A stretch of DNA of 59,541 bases from a virus (IMGVR_UViG_3300032255_000002:1-59541), one strand, 5' to 3'. Positions 18,365-28,844 are shown, counted from the stretch's first letter. The notes: a model not told the origin generated them from the sequence alone. Made by a program: numbers and translations.

Positions 18365-18674
18365 CACAATGCTTAAAACGCTGCTGAAAATAAAAAGGCG
18401 CGGAGAAAAGGTAGAAGCCTTAGAGAAGCGTCCGGAAGTTTATCAGCCCTTCAAACATCTATGGAAAGCCGTAGCCACATTAGAAGCAGACCGTGTTTGG
18501 TATCTTGGGGCTATGGGGGGCGTAATCGCTGGACGCATACCCACACAAGCAATCGAGAGTTGGTTGAGTATACATAACATCGAAGGAGAGGAGAAAATTT
18601 TTTACTTCGACGTTATCAGAGCAGTAGACGGAATTTGGTCTAACGAGCTAAAGAACGAAGCACCTAAAACATGA
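18324..18674 (+). CDS. Tail assembly chaperone gpT-like part (reached by -1 frameshift)
   Basis: LIDCLHWNRQWGQSTMLK... continuous with the 18369 ORF; RPE...W...L...R...GG..IP motif. Confidence 0.82.
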   Translation, partial: LIDCLHWNRQWGQSTMLKTLLKIKRRGEKVEALEKRPEVYQPFKHLWKAVATLEADRVWYLGAMGGVIAGRIPTQAIESWLSIHNIEGEEKIFYFDVIRAVDGIWSNELKNEAPKT

Positions 18675-21385
18675 CAACCCTAGAACTAGGTATTAGCTCC
18701 GAACGCGCACGAGACGGCGCGGGTAGATTCATTGCAGCCGCAAAAGGTGCGGGAGCGGCTGCTCGAAAAACTGGCAAAGACGTTGGTTTCCTAGACGGGT
18801 CTATGGACAAAGCCGGGAAGACAGCTTCACGCGCCGGAGGAACGATTGCAAAAGTCTTCGCGGGAATCAGCGCAACGCTTCTTGCACGAAAAGCTCTTAG
18901 CGAAATAATCGACTTTGAGAAGGGACTTGTCGGAGTTGGCAAAACGGCGGATCTTTCGGGGCAGGATCTTCGAGACTTCGGTTCAGAAATTATCGCGCTT
19001 TCAACCGCTATCCCCGTTGCAACAGGAACGCTTCTTGACATTGGGCAAGCGGCGGGACAGTTGGGAGTTAAAGGTACAGATAACATACTCAAGTTCACGG
19101 ATACGGTTGCGAAGCTTGGAGTCGCATCGAACTTGCAAGGGGACGCGGCAGCAACAGCGCTCGCCCGTCTTCTAAACGTTACGGGTGAGAACATCCAATC
19201 CGTCGATAAACTCGGAAGTGTTATCGTTCGTCTTGGAAATAACTTCGCAACTACCGAAGCGGAAATCGCGGATTCAGCTACAGGAGTTGCGCAGGCAGGT
19301 GCGATCTTCGCCGTTAGCTCTGCGGAAGCGGCTGCTTTAGGAGCGTCTCTTTCGTCTCTCGGAGTTGCTGCGCAGCTTGGCGGGTCTTCCTTCGGTAGAT
19401 TGCTCCGAGCCGTAGACAATACCGTACGCGAAGGAGGAGCGCGTTTAAAGCTCTTGGCGGACGTTTCCGGGAGAACAGGAGAAGCTATTCAGTTCGCGTT
19501 TGCGAACAATGCGACGGACGGCGCGGTTATTTTCTTAGAGGCGCTGAAGAAATTTACGGCAGAAGGGGGACAAGCTTCGGCGTTTCTCTCAGAGTTTGGT
19601 CTAGAAGGGGAGCAGGTTCTAAAAGTTCTTCCGACGTTGGCGAAGAACGTGGACCTTGTAAACAACGCTCTTGGGCAAGCGCGTGACGAACTCATAAACA
19701 CGAATGCTCTGAATCAAGAAGCAGAGAGAGGTTTCGATACGCTCGGCTCGGAAGTTACTCTTCTTGGTAACGTATGGGATGCGGTTGTCTTGCAGTTCCG
19801 CAATTCGACGGGTCCGCTTAGAGACGTAATTCGATTTACTGCGGACTTGATTAGAAGTTTTGTTGGGCTGGACGATCAAATAACGTCGAGTATTTCCGCT
19901 ATAGAAACAGCGCGGACGGCGATAATCGGGTTAGGGGCGATAGCAGGGACTATAGCTGCGTTTACCGCACTTTCGTTTGCGGTAGGGGCGTTTGTAGCGG
20001 CAATCGGGTTCGTCGCGTCTCCGCTCGGAATCGTTCTCGTTTCTATCGGGGCGATAGCGTCTGCGATATACAGTTTCCGGGATTCCCTTATTGAAGTCAA
20101 CGGTACAGTATTCACCTTTGGGGATTTTCTCTCGGCAACTTGGGAAGTTTTGGCCGAGCGTACGGATAGATTCGCGGAGAGGATCTTCAACCCGATTAAG
20201 CGAGTATTTGCTGCGTTTGGAGGCCCCGTAGAAGTTTTCTCCGAACTCTTTTTGAAGACTCTTGCAGGTATTGGTCTCGCTATAGACGCGGTAGTAGACC
20301 GAATAAAAACGCTGTTCGATGCGTTTTCGAGAGTCGACTTCTCGAACCCGATTACGATCGCGCAGTCCGTAGGGAGGCTGGATAAAGCGTTCGAAGAAGC
20401 GTTCAACCCTGTAGATATTTACAAGGAATTTCGGGACGGATTTACAGAGGTAGTTGAAACAGATTTCACGGCAACGCTAAAGGCGTCCTTTGGACGCTTA
20501 AATTTCTCCGGAGTTATTGGGGCGGCTTTATTTGAGAACGAGTTGTTCGCGGAGATTGCGGAGCGCGCAGGAAAGAAAACAGCGGAGAGTTTTCGCGAAG
20601 GATTCTTAGCTTCAGCCGAACCTTTCGGGCTTGAGGATTTCTCAAGATTCCAGGCCATAAATCAAGCCGCCCGAACGAATCGTTTGAACCGTGAAAATGA
20701 CGCGAAAACGGATTCCGTTTCCGGTGCTGCGGCAGGAACGGGAGCAGGCTCGAACGGGGCTCCGCTTCCTTCTATTTTCTCAGGAGTCGCTCTCGCTGCG
20801 ACTGCGGCGACCGAAGCGGTAAGTTCGCTAATCGCGGTTGCGGCTCGTTTGGCGGATACGGCAGAAAGTACAGGAAGGCGCGTTGGCAGCAGCGTAGGAC
20901 AAGCGCTTAACAGCGCGGCTACTGACTTCGAGAAGATCGGAGGCATCTTCGAAAGCCTCTTCCGCTCGATCACACAGACCCTCTTCGATGAGTTGTTTAC
21001 TCGTAGAGTCGAAAAAAGTGTTTCGGACTTTGTTACTTCTGCCGTCGATGTGATTTCAGGTACCGAATCCCTAAAGGGGAACGTATTTCAAAACGCATCT
21101 GTAATTCCGCACCAACTAGGGGGAGTTATTTCTAGCCCCGTCGCATTTCCTTTAGCTGGAGGAAACATAGGAACAGCGGTTGAAGATGGTAGACCGGAAG
21201 GGATTCTTCCTCTTGAAAGAGATAGCAAAGGAAGGTTAGGAGTAAGCGCGGTAGGTTCGGGAGAAACAGGCGGGAACACGGTAATAAATTTCAATGTCCG
21301 AACTCCGAACGCAGACTCTTTCCGGAGATCTCGAAGACAGATAGCACGGGACCTGTCGCAACAGCAACAAGCAGCGGGAAGATAA
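18671..21385 (+). CDS. Tape measure protein
   Basis: Long Ala/Gly-rich helical protein; LGNNFATTEAEI TP901-type core; C-terminal PE.ILPL.RDS.G.LGV. Confidence 0.93.
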   Translation: MTTLELGISSERARDGAGRFIAAAKGAGAAARKTGKDVGFLDGSMDKAGKTASRAGGTIAKVFAGISATLLARKALSEIIDFEKGLVGVGKTADLSGQDLRDFGSEIIALSTAIPVATGTLLDIGQAAGQLGVKGTDNILKFTDTVAKLGVASNLQGDAAATALARLLNVTGENIQSVDKLGSVIVRLGNNFATTEAEIADSATGVAQAGAIFAVSSAEAAALGASLSSLGVAAQLGGSSFGRLLRAVDNTVREGGARLKLLADVSGRTGEAIQFAFANNATDGAVIFLEALKKFTAEGGQASAFLSEFGLEGEQVLKVLPTLAKNVDLVNNALGQARDELINTNALNQEAERGFDTLGSEVTLLGNVWDAVVLQFRNSTGPLRDVIRFTADLIRSFVGLDDQITSSISAIETARTAIIGLGAIAGTIAAFTALSFAVGAFVAAIGFVASPLGIVLVSIGAIASAIYSFRDSLIEVNGTVFTFGDFLSATWEVLAERTDRFAERIFNPIKRVFAAFGGPVEVFSELFLKTLAGIGLAIDAVVDRIKTLFDAFSRVDFSNPITIAQSVGRLDKAFEEAFNPVDIYKEFRDGFTEVVETDFTATLKASFGRLNFSGVIGAALFENELFAEIAERAGKKTAESFREGFLASAEPFGLEDFSRFQAINQAARTNRLNRENDAKTDSVSGAAAGTGAGSNGAPLPSIFSGVALAATAATEAVSSLIAVAARLADTAESTGRRVGSSVGQALNSAATDFEKIGGIFESLFRSITQTLFDELFTRRVEKSVSDFVTSAVDVISGTESLKGNVFQNASVIPHQLGGVISSPVAFPLAGGNIGTAVEDGRPEGILPLERDSKGRLGVSAVGSGETGGNTVINFNVRTPNADSFRRSRRQIARDLSQQQQAAGR

Positions 21386-21390
21386 CTATA

Positions 21391-22368
21391 ATGGGCTTTC
21401 ACGATATACAGTTTCCAACAGATATTTCTTACGGTTCAAGAGGAGGCCCGAGCTTTTCGACAAGCGTGGTTCGTCTGGATAGCGGAACTAGAGAAGCGGT
21501 TTCTAGATGGTCAACCCCTCTTTGGAAATTCGATGCTTCGTACGGAGTTCGAAGTCTCGACGATCTATATTCCGTGGTCGATTTCGCGGTTGCTCGCGAC
21601 GGTCCCGCAAATACGTTCCGCTATAAAGACCATCTTGATTTTAATACCTCCTCCAATGGGCGAGACGCGGTAGACAAAGAAGATGTTGAGATCGGAGTAG
21701 GAGACGGAACAGAGACGCAGTTTCAACTTCTAAAAAAGTACGGAGTAGGCACCGCTTTTGTACGTTCTCGGCCTATATCTCTGCCCGTTTCAGGAACTCT
21801 TGTTGTAGCGGTAGCAGGAGTTTTGCAAACCGAGACTACCGACTACACGGTAAATTATACAACGGGTGTTGTTACGTTTGGAACGGCTCCCCCTGCTTCG
21901 GATTCTGTTACGGCAGGATTCGAGTTTGACAATATGTGTCACTTTGGAGAAGAGATAGACGATTCCCTACAAGTTGCCATTACAGGTTACGAAGGGGGAG
22001 CTGTTTCTGCGCCTATTCCTATCTACGAAGTTCGTAATGAAGTGCAGGTAGAAGACGAGTTCTTTTACGGAGGGCACATAGATCACGGAGCCGTTGCAGC
22101 GGATGTGAATATGACCGTTACCCAAGGAAGGGCGCAAATGGTTTCTCCTTCTACTTCGGGACTTGCAATGATTCTTCCGGATGCTACTTCGCTTCCAACG
22201 GGAGGACCGTACTTCTATATCATCAATGATTCGGCATCTAACACAATGACATTAGAAGCGTATCCGGGAGGAGGGACGAACATTCTTACTCTGGGGACGC
22301 TAACGACTACGATTGTTCTTCTCTCGGCTACGTCCGGAGGTACGAAGTATTGGCATGCTTTCTCTTAA
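21391..22368 (+). CDS. Distal tail protein (DUF2460, GTA-like) with C-terminal extension
   Basis: FHDI.FP.DISYG..GGP.F.T, FRYKD..D, GDG....FQL.K.Y, AGFEFD. Confidence 0.88.
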   Translation: MGFHDIQFPTDISYGSRGGPSFSTSVVRLDSGTREAVSRWSTPLWKFDASYGVRSLDDLYSVVDFAVARDGPANTFRYKDHLDFNTSSNGRDAVDKEDVEIGVGDGTETQFQLLKKYGVGTAFVRSRPISLPVSGTLVVAVAGVLQTETTDYTVNYTTGVVTFGTAPPASDSVTAGFEFDNMCHFGEEIDDSLQVAITGYEGGAVSAPIPIYEVRNEVQVEDEFFYGGHIDHGAVAADVNMTVTQGRAQMVSPSTSGLAMILPDATSLPTGGPYFYIINDSASNTMTLEAYPGGGTNILTLGTLTTTIVLLSATSGGTKYWHAFS

Positions 22369-22693
22369 GAAATTTATGGGCGGCTCTACCAATGAGTCTA
22401 TTTCTGCGGATATGTTTCTAACGCGAACCTCTCCGAGAGTGTTGGCTATTACTGCAATAGGAGGAGGAAAGAAAGTTCGTCTTCCGGATGCAACTACGTT
22501 GGTAGAAGGAGGTCCGCATTTCTATGTTCTGAATACGGCTGCGCAACAGTTCAAAGTATTTTTGCCCGTACCTTCTGTTATAAACATCCCTGTACCTTCG
22601 GGAGCAGGATACTTGTTTGTTCTTGTGGACGGTTCGACAACTGAAGGCGTGTGGCGCGTCGAAGGTTTCTCGGTTAGCACGGGACTAGCGTAA
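22355..22693 (+). CDS. Small tail protein paralogous to the DUF2460 extension
   Basis: Shares F.GG...AD...LPDAT.L..GGP.FY..N with the preceding gene. Confidence 0.7.
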   Translation: MLSLKKFMGGSTNESISADMFLTRTSPRVLAITAIGGGKKVRLPDATTLVEGGPHFYVLNTAAQQFKVFLPVPSVINIPVPSGAGYLFVLVDGSTTEGVWRVEGFSVSTGLA

Positions 22694-23553
22694 TGGTTCT
22701 GACAATCGAAGGGGGAGCTTCCTCTCTCCTAGAGCAGAAGAAAATCCGCCTTGCTGTCTTGTGGGAAATTACTAGGGTTGACGGGACGATTTTTAGGTTC
22801 ACGAGCCATAGTAATACACTTACGTTTTTGGGAGACGAGTACGTACCCTCTGGAGGAGGGAACCCTACAGCAACACGTAAAGAGGGGAACTTGAAAGGCT
22901 CGGATAAGACGTTTGCAGGGGCGATTACGAGCGATGATATTACAAACAACGACTTGCGGGCGGGTTTATTCCGTAAGGCTGAAATAACGGAATATCAAAT
23001 TGACTGGAAATACCCTTGGGCGGGTCCGTACGAGACAAAGGAATACGTAGTAGTTAAAACACAATTTACGGGTGTGGTTTGGGCTTGGGAGTTAGAGAGC
23101 AAGTTTTCTGTTCTCCAGCAAGAAGTCGGAGAGACATACACAAGGCATTGTAGATATGAACTTGGGGATTCGAGATGTGGAGTAGATCTTTCTGCGATCA
23201 CGGAATCCGGAGCTACGGTTTCCGGAGTTACGGACGATAGATCTATTTTTCAATCCTCAGATATTACATCTCAAGCTTATGATTACGTTTTCGGGCAAGT
23301 TGTTTGGCTTACTGGAAACAACGTAGGTCAGATTTCAGAGATCAAGAAACGTGATGCGACAGAGTTAGAGTTGACTCTTCCTACTGCGAATGCTATCGAA
23401 GCCGGAGATACTTGCGATATTCTTCCGGGATGCCCGAGAACAAAAACAGCGTGTGTGGACGACTTCGACAACTATATAAACTTTGGTGGTTTCTTTGATA
23501 TTCCCGGAACCCGAGCAATGCTCAAAAGTCCTACGTCTGTTGCTGGTCCGTGA
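22693..23553 (+). CDS. Baseplate hub protein (DUF2163/BR0599)
   Basis: W.ITR.DG....FTSH, C...LGD.RC.VDL, GC......C...F.N..NFGGF..IPG. Confidence 0.9.
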   Translation: MVLTIEGGASSLLEQKKIRLAVLWEITRVDGTIFRFTSHSNTLTFLGDEYVPSGGGNPTATRKEGNLKGSDKTFAGAITSDDITNNDLRAGLFRKAEITEYQIDWKYPWAGPYETKEYVVVKTQFTGVVWAWELESKFSVLQQEVGETYTRHCRYELGDSRCGVDLSAITESGATVSGVTDDRSIFQSSDITSQAYDYVFGQVVWLTGNNVGQISEIKKRDATELELTLPTANAIEAGDTCDILPGCPRTKTACVDDFDNYINFGGFFDIPGTRAMLKSPTSVAGP

Positions 23554-23987
23554 TGAGCATCGAAGATTTCGTTACCGAACTGCGTTCCTACGTTGGAACT
23601 CCGTTCATGCACCAAGGAAGGGTGCCGGGAGTAGGTCTCGACTGCTTAGGCCCCTTCGTTGTTGCGTGTGCGAAGCTCGGGTATCCGCTCGACGATAACC
23701 CGAACTACAGCAAACAGCCGAGACCAGATGCGCATACAGCGGAGCTAAGGAAGCAGCTTGTTGAGAAGAGCAAGGAACACTTGGAAGAAGGAGATTTACT
23801 TTGGATCTCTGTTCGCAGAATTCCGCAGCATGTCGCGGTTGTTACCGAAATATCCGGGGAGCAAATTACCATCCTGCACGCTAATCAATTCTTAGGGCGA
23901 AGAGGGAAAGTAGTAGAGACCGTACTTAGTGAGAACTGGAAGTTGAGAATTCATTCTGTGTATAGGCATCCGATATGGCAACAGTAG
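23550..23987 (+). CDS. NlpC/P60 tail-tip peptidase
   Basis: GTPF.HQGR..G.GLDC.G, GD, H.A and ILHA motifs. Confidence 0.9.
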   Translation: MMSIEDFVTELRSYVGTPFMHQGRVPGVGLDCLGPFVVACAKLGYPLDDNPNYSKQPRPDAHTAELRKQLVEKSKEHLEEGDLLWISVRRIPQHVAVVTEISGEQITILHANQFLGRRGKVVETVLSENWKLRIHSVYRHPIWQQ

Positions 23988-26635
23988 TTCTAGGGTTAGC
24001 GGCGGCGAGTTCAAATCTCTTCGTGCAAGCGGTTGCTGCACTTGCGGGCGCGTATATAGATCAAACGCTTACGTACCCGGCTTTGTTTCCTACCCCGGAC
24101 CCGGAAGGCCCGAGACTTGGGGACCTTAGACTTAATAGCTCGGACGAAGGAGGCCCCGTTTCGTTCTGTCTTGGAGATGAAGCTATTACGGGTGGGCAAG
24201 CTCTCTTTGCAACAGACCTTATTGCGGTTCAATTCGCAGGAGTATTGACATACTCCGCGCATGTTGCGATAGGCATATGCGGAAACGAAATAGATTCTGT
24301 AGAAGAGATTCTAGCGGACGGGCAGACGATTTATAAGATCGTGGAGGATATTGTTCTTTCCGAACTCGCCAGCACGACTATATTCACATACGGGATTTCT
24401 AGCGTTAAGTATCGGCATATGGAAGTTAAGAAGATATTTGAACCGGGAGCCTCTTTTCTAGGGTTTGCCGCGATCTACTCCACCGACCCTGACGTAGATT
24501 TCTCGGAGTTTATCGTCGGACAAGAGCTTACTACATCGGGGTATCCGGATCCGCTCAACAACACAACAATTATCTTAACGAATAAAATAGAAGGGATAGC
24601 CGGAATTCAGCCCTCTGTGTTGGAGTTTAGATTTACAGTTGAAAACAACGCCTTCGTAAATTATGTGGGCTCCCTAGATATAATTACAATTACGCAAGTC
24701 GTCCCTCCGTTCTCCACATCCGATGTAGAAGACGTTACGATCTACACAGGAACCTCTACACAAACAGAAGATCCGCTTCTAGTTTCTCTACTCGGTGCGG
24801 CAAATACTACCGCTTTCCGAAATATGTCTTACGCGGTATTCCAGGGTTTGCAACTCAACCCCTTTGGCAACAGAATTCCAAATCTCGAATTCATACTCAA
24901 GGAGGGCACTACGACTATAGCGGGAGCGATTACAAAGCTTTGCGCTAGAGCCGGGCTAGGAGCGGGAGATATCGACGTTTCCGGAATCACAGGTTCTTTT
25001 CGTGGGTTGACGGTTCGAGGCGCGCAACCCGCAGGTAGAGCGTTAGGAAGTTTGCTGTTAGCATATAACATTCTTACGCAAGAGCGAGATAGCAAGTTAG
25101 TTTTTCGTTTCAGAGAAGATTTGGATATTGTGGAAGTGGCAGACGAGGATAGAGGAGCGTACGAAGTAGGCGGAAACAAGGAACCCGTACTCGTCGAAAT
25201 AGAAGATGCGGACATAAATACCGCGCCGAAAGAACTTATAGTTAGCTTTCTGGATGCGGAAAGAAAATACCAAACATCCTCTTTGCGAGAAACGCGAATA
25301 AATGCGGGAACCTCTCACGTTTCGTTTGTAGATCTCCCCTTGGTTTTTACAGGGGCAGAAGCCAGGTGTATAAACAAACGTCTATTGTGGTCTATTCATG
25401 CTGCACGGCAACGGGCGAAAACAGAACTTCCTCCGTCCTATAAGCGTACACAAGAAAATGATATTGTACAGTTGACCACGGACGACGGTTCGACGCTCAA
25501 GATTCTCGCGGAGGTTGTAGATATTGGAGACAACGGTTTAATTTCTGTCTCTGGTTCTGTAGAGGTCAACACTACTGAGACTTACGATGCGGTAGATTGC
25601 GCAGTAGATACCCCTACGGCGTCCCCTACAGATTTCGTTAGCAAGCCGCAAACAATCCCGTACATTCTTTCGACAGCGCCCCTTGATTTCGAGCAAGCGA
25701 CTTCGCAACCCGGATTGCTAATAACCTTCTCGCAAGATACAGAGAGTGGGATTACAGAAACATCCGCTCTGTACGAATCTTTCGACGGAGGTGTAAACTT
25801 CTCTTTCGTAGACTCAATTCGAGGGGCGGATTTTATCGGGGACGCTTTGACAATCTTAGACCCTGTTACAAACGTTTCGATTCCGGACCTAGTGTCTACT
25901 GTAGATGTTGCCATTGTCCAAGGCGAACTGGAATCCCGGACTCTCTTAGAAGTTCTTAACGGATTGAACAGAGCGTACATAGGAGGAGAAATAATTGGAT
26001 ACGCGAATGCAACAATCACCGGGGTCGATGGTCTCGGACGTACGATCTACCAATTATCTACGCTTCTTCGCGGTTTGAACGATACGAAAGATTTTGTAAG
26101 TACTCACGTTGCAGACGAGACTTTGATCGGGTTGGGTGGACCTGGGTTATCTTTCTTCACGTATCCGGTAACCTCGATAGGAGATACGAGAGTATTTAAA
26201 GTGGTTCCAAGTGGACAGAACGTAAATGATTACCTCCCGTTGGCCGGAACGATCACGGGAAAGAATCTGAAGCCATTCTCTCCCGGACTACTTCGACATG
26301 TTCGAAGCGGGGCAGATGATGTGTTCGTTACGTGGCAACGAAGAACCCGCGAACCTGTACGCATCTTCTCCGATATGGCGATCCCTCTTCTTGAACCTAC
26401 GTTAGTTTGGGAAGTCGATATCTTGGACGGACCCGGAGGAAGCGTAGTAAACACCTTTAACAGCGATGTAGATACCGCAGAACTTCCCTCTCCAGCAGAC
26501 ACTCAAACTCTCATTTACTCCGCAACGCAACAAACAACCGACGGGCTTACTCCGGGAGATCCGGTTTACGTGGTTATCTATCAAGTGAGCGCCTTCGTCG
26601 GCAGAGGCAACCCCACAACCTACACGGCAACTTAG
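23975..26635 (+). CDS. Large baseplate/central tail protein (GTA megatron-like)
   Basis: EGPRL.DL, AFR..Y.VF..L.L..FGNRIPN.EF, GEII.Y..A, LLRG motifs. Confidence 0.88.
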   Translation: MATVVLGLAAASSNLFVQAVAALAGAYIDQTLTYPALFPTPDPEGPRLGDLRLNSSDEGGPVSFCLGDEAITGGQALFATDLIAVQFAGVLTYSAHVAIGICGNEIDSVEEILADGQTIYKIVEDIVLSELASTTIFTYGISSVKYRHMEVKKIFEPGASFLGFAAIYSTDPDVDFSEFIVGQELTTSGYPDPLNNTTIILTNKIEGIAGIQPSVLEFRFTVENNAFVNYVGSLDIITITQVVPPFSTSDVEDVTIYTGTSTQTEDPLLVSLLGAANTTAFRNMSYAVFQGLQLNPFGNRIPNLEFILKEGTTTIAGAITKLCARAGLGAGDIDVSGITGSFRGLTVRGAQPAGRALGSLLLAYNILTQERDSKLVFRFREDLDIVEVADEDRGAYEVGGNKEPVLVEIEDADINTAPKELIVSFLDAERKYQTSSLRETRINAGTSHVSFVDLPLVFTGAEARCINKRLLWSIHAARQRAKTELPPSYKRTQENDIVQLTTDDGSTLKILAEVVDIGDNGLISVSGSVEVNTTETYDAVDCAVDTPTASPTDFVSKPQTIPYILSTAPLDFEQATSQPGLLITFSQDTESGITETSALYESFDGGVNFSFVDSIRGADFIGDALTILDPVTNVSIPDLVSTVDVAIVQGELESRTLLEVLNGLNRAYIGGEIIGYANATITGVDGLGRTIYQLSTLLRGLNDTKDFVSTHVADETLIGLGGPGLSFFTYPVTSIGDTRVFKVVPSGQNVNDYLPLAGTITGKNLKPFSPGLLRHVRSGADDVFVTWQRRTREPVRIFSDMAIPLLEPTLVWEVDILDGPGGSVVNTFNSDVDTAELPSPADTQTLIYSATQQTTDGLTPGDPVYVVIYQVSAFVGRGNPTTYTAT

Positions 26636-26637
26636 AA

Positions 26638-27333
26638 ATGGCTACTACAACACATCTAAATATCACGCTTCTTGAGCAGTACCAAACGGGCGCAGAAATT
26701 ACGGTAAATGGGGCTCTGTCCCTTCTCGACGTATTTTCTTCGCGTCTCGTTATTACAGACCGGATCTCTGCGGAACCCGTTTCTCCTACGGACGGTCAAG
26801 CTTGGATACTTACCTCCTCTCCTACAGGCGCTGCTTGGGGCGCACGATCCGAACACGATGTTGCCGTCTATCTGAGCGGTTGGTACTTCGTAACTCCAAC
26901 AGAGGGAAGCCTACGGGCGTACGTGCTCGATGAGAACAGAGAGTACATGTTCGACGGCACGATCTGGACTGCGGAATACAAAGGACATCTTGTAATGGAC
27001 GCTAATGCGTTCATGCAACACAGCATTACAGGTTCTATCACCGCATCTACAACACAGACGCAGGGACAAGGAGCGCTTCTCTCTGGAGTCAATGACGTAA
27101 CCACAGTTGCCAACACGAACGATACTGTTACGCTTCCGAACGGCGCGAACGGTCGAGAGTGCTATGTTTGGAACAACGGAGCGAACACGTTACAAATCTT
27201 CCCTACGAGCGGGGAGGCTATCGACGGGAACGCTACAGACGCGGCAGTAACTTTGCCCGCAGGGTCCGAGAGGCATTTCATCGCTACTAGCTCCACCACA
27301 TGGATTAGTAAGGTCTCCACTATCGGAACTTGA
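26638..27333 (+). CDS. DUF2793-type tail fibre/receptor-binding associated protein
   Basis: T..L...L...Q.G.EIT.N.AL..LD, P.SP.DG..WI...PTG.W, W.F..P.EG. Confidence 0.82.
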   Translation: MATTTHLNITLLEQYQTGAEITVNGALSLLDVFSSRLVITDRISAEPVSPTDGQAWILTSSPTGAAWGARSEHDVAVYLSGWYFVTPTEGSLRAYVLDENREYMFDGTIWTAEYKGHLVMDANAFMQHSITGSITASTTQTQGQGALLSGVNDVTTVANTNDTVTLPNGANGRECYVWNNGANTLQIFPTSGEAIDGNATDAAVTLPAGSERHFIATSSTTWISKVSTIGT

Positions 27334-27395
27334 TTGCGGAGCTTCCCAACGATCTAGGATATATTCGCAACCCGCGATATACCCTTTCCAAAAAT

Positions 27396-27442
27396 CTAGG
27401 CTCTGTTTGTTCATACTCAAGGTATCGACAAACAGAGCCTAG
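27396..27442. terminator. Long hairpin between the convergent late and early blocks
   Basis: CTAGGCTCTGTTTGT at 27396-27410 pairs with ACAAACAGAGCCTAG at 27428-27442. Confidence 0.7.
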
Positions 27443-27547
27443 TTCTTTAGGTGTTTCCTGGATTTCTTTATGAGAGCATAAGGGCGAGCAGGATGCAGAG
27501 TAGGAGGATTCCGGTAAGGATTTCGGAGAGGGTTGCGGAGATCTTCT

Positions 27548-27790
27548 TCATTTAGTGGATCTTGGATTCGAGTTCGCGAACAAGCTCGTGTAAAGCGTGA
27601 AGTAGAGGTCCGAAACCTCCGCCGAAGCTTTCCAGTAGGAAGAGGCTTCGCTTTGCGGGATCTGAAGAGCGTCCATCCTCGAATCTGGGGAGATGATTCG
27701 CGAAATATCTCCTCTCTCGGTTCCGAGGGATTTGACTTGGCGGGTAAGAGAAGAGATTGCGTCTTGGCGAAGTTGGTTGTTGGTGTACAT
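27548..27790 (-). CDS. Early hypothetical protein
   Basis: Leader AAAGATAGAACG-ATG. Confidence 0.75.
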   Translation of the reverse strand: MYTNNQLRQDAISSLTRQVKSLGTERGDISRIISPDSRMDALQIPQSEASSYWKASAEVSDLYFTLYTSLFANSNPRSTK

Positions 27791-27805
27791 CGTTCTATCT
27801 TTCTT

Positions 27806-27895
27806 CTAGAGAACTTGGTTCAGGATAAAAACAATCGTCTGCGTAGAAAGCAGAGTGTAAAGCTGGAAGGCTTTGTTTATCGCTTTGTTCTTCAT
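27806..27895 (-). CDS. 29-aa peptide, probably from a leaderless mRNA
   Basis: ATG lies 7 nt downstream of a TACAAT -10 box. Confidence 0.55.
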   Translation of the reverse strand: MKNKAINKAFQLYTLLSTQTIVFILNQVL

Positions 27896-27902
27896 GCGCC
27901 CG

Positions 27903-27930
27903 ATTGTATCAACCTTCTTTGCGGGTGCAA
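27903..27930 (-). promoter_or_regulatory. Sigma70-like promoter TTGCAC-16-TACAAT
   Basis: Member of the repeated promoter family. Confidence 0.7.
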
Positions 27931-27983
27931 GAATTTTTCCGGGAGTTCTGAGAAATTCTCCTAACTCCCGGAAAAATCCGGGT

Positions 27984-28271
27984 TTATGCGTCCCAGCGAC
28001 CGTTAAACGGGCGGATTCGCAGGTTTCCGAGTTCGTTTTTCGCGTCCCAAGGTAGAGCTGCGTATTTCCAATCATCATCTTGAGCGACGATCAGCCCAAG
28101 CTCTCCTGTGTAATCGTCGAAGGTCTCCCGATCCTTCACGAAGAACTGCACTTGTAACGCTCGCGTGTGGACTGCGTAGAGAGCAAAGCGCTCGCGAGTC
28201 CCGAACAGGATTTCCGCGCTGGCCTTTTGGCCTTTGCGGGACGGGTCGTTTCTTTCGACGTTGAGATACAT
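27984..28271 (-). CDS. Early hypothetical protein
   Basis: Own promoter; leader AAAGATAGAACT-ATG. Confidence 0.75.
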   Translation of the reverse strand: MYLNVERNDPSRKGQKASAEILFGTRERFALYAVHTRALQVQFFVKDRETFDDYTGELGLIVAQDDDWKYAALPWDAKNELGNLRIRPFNGRWDA

Positions 28272-28315
28272 AGTTCTATCTTTCTTCTTGGGTTTCGTTC
28301 TCTTGTACCTGCGCG

Positions 28316-28343
28316 ATTATACAGGGTCTCTGCCCGAAGTCTA
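28316..28343 (-). promoter_or_regulatory. Promoter TAGACT-16-TATAAT
   Basis: Leader nearly identical to that of the 28845 promoter. Confidence 0.7.
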
Positions 28344-28523
28344 CAGGAAACCGAGAAAAATCTTTTCTTCATCAAAAACAGCGAGTGTTACGAGACCGAG
28401 TTTATTTTCTGTTTCTTGGAGTTCGTAAGTCCATTCCGGATCTTCGCGGGAGAGGAACTTTACGGATTCCTCTGTTTTCTCGCGACTTCGGAAGATCGGT
28501 TCTGCTTTGATTAGAGATTGCAT
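28341..28523 (-). CDS. Early hypothetical protein
   Basis: TAATG-coupled to the upstream ORF. Confidence 0.65.
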   Translation of the reverse strand: MQSLIKAEPIFRSREKTEESVKFLSREDPEWTYELQETENKLGLVTLAVFDEEKIFLGFL

Positions 28524-28795
28524 TAGGAGTTCAGAATATTGTTTGCGAGTTTTGAATCCGTATCTGAAAGGTTTGCGTTTGCGATATCGTCAACCGTCGC
28601 AAAGCTGTCTCGACTAGTTTTCGCTGCGCGGATCACAAGAGCGAAATTCGCGTACCCTTTAGCGTTCCAATCTTGGCAGTTCTTGCGAGCAGACGCGCAA
28701 ACTTTAGAAAGGTCTTGATCTTGCGCGAGAACCTCGGTTCCTCCGAAAAGGTTCGTGTGATTGGCAACTAGGAGGAAGTATTTCTTGGAGTTCAT
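28523..28795 (-). CDS. Early hypothetical protein
   Basis: Leader GAGATAGAAAA-ATG. Confidence 0.75.
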   Translation of the reverse strand: MNSKKYFLLVANHTNLFGGTEVLAQDQDLSKVCASARKNCQDWNAKGYANFALVIRAAKTSRDSFATVDDIANANLSDTDSKLANNILNS

Positions 28796-28844
28796 TTTTC
28801 TATCTCTTGTTCGGTCTTGGGTTTCGTTCTCTCGTACCTGCGCG

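Noticed and set aside
27190-27420. Minus-strand ORF MNKQSLDFWKGY... starting within the hairpin
   Set aside because: The N-terminus looks plausible but it overlaps the DUF2793 gene antisense by 144 bp; possibly a truncated early cassette, not supportable as a CDS
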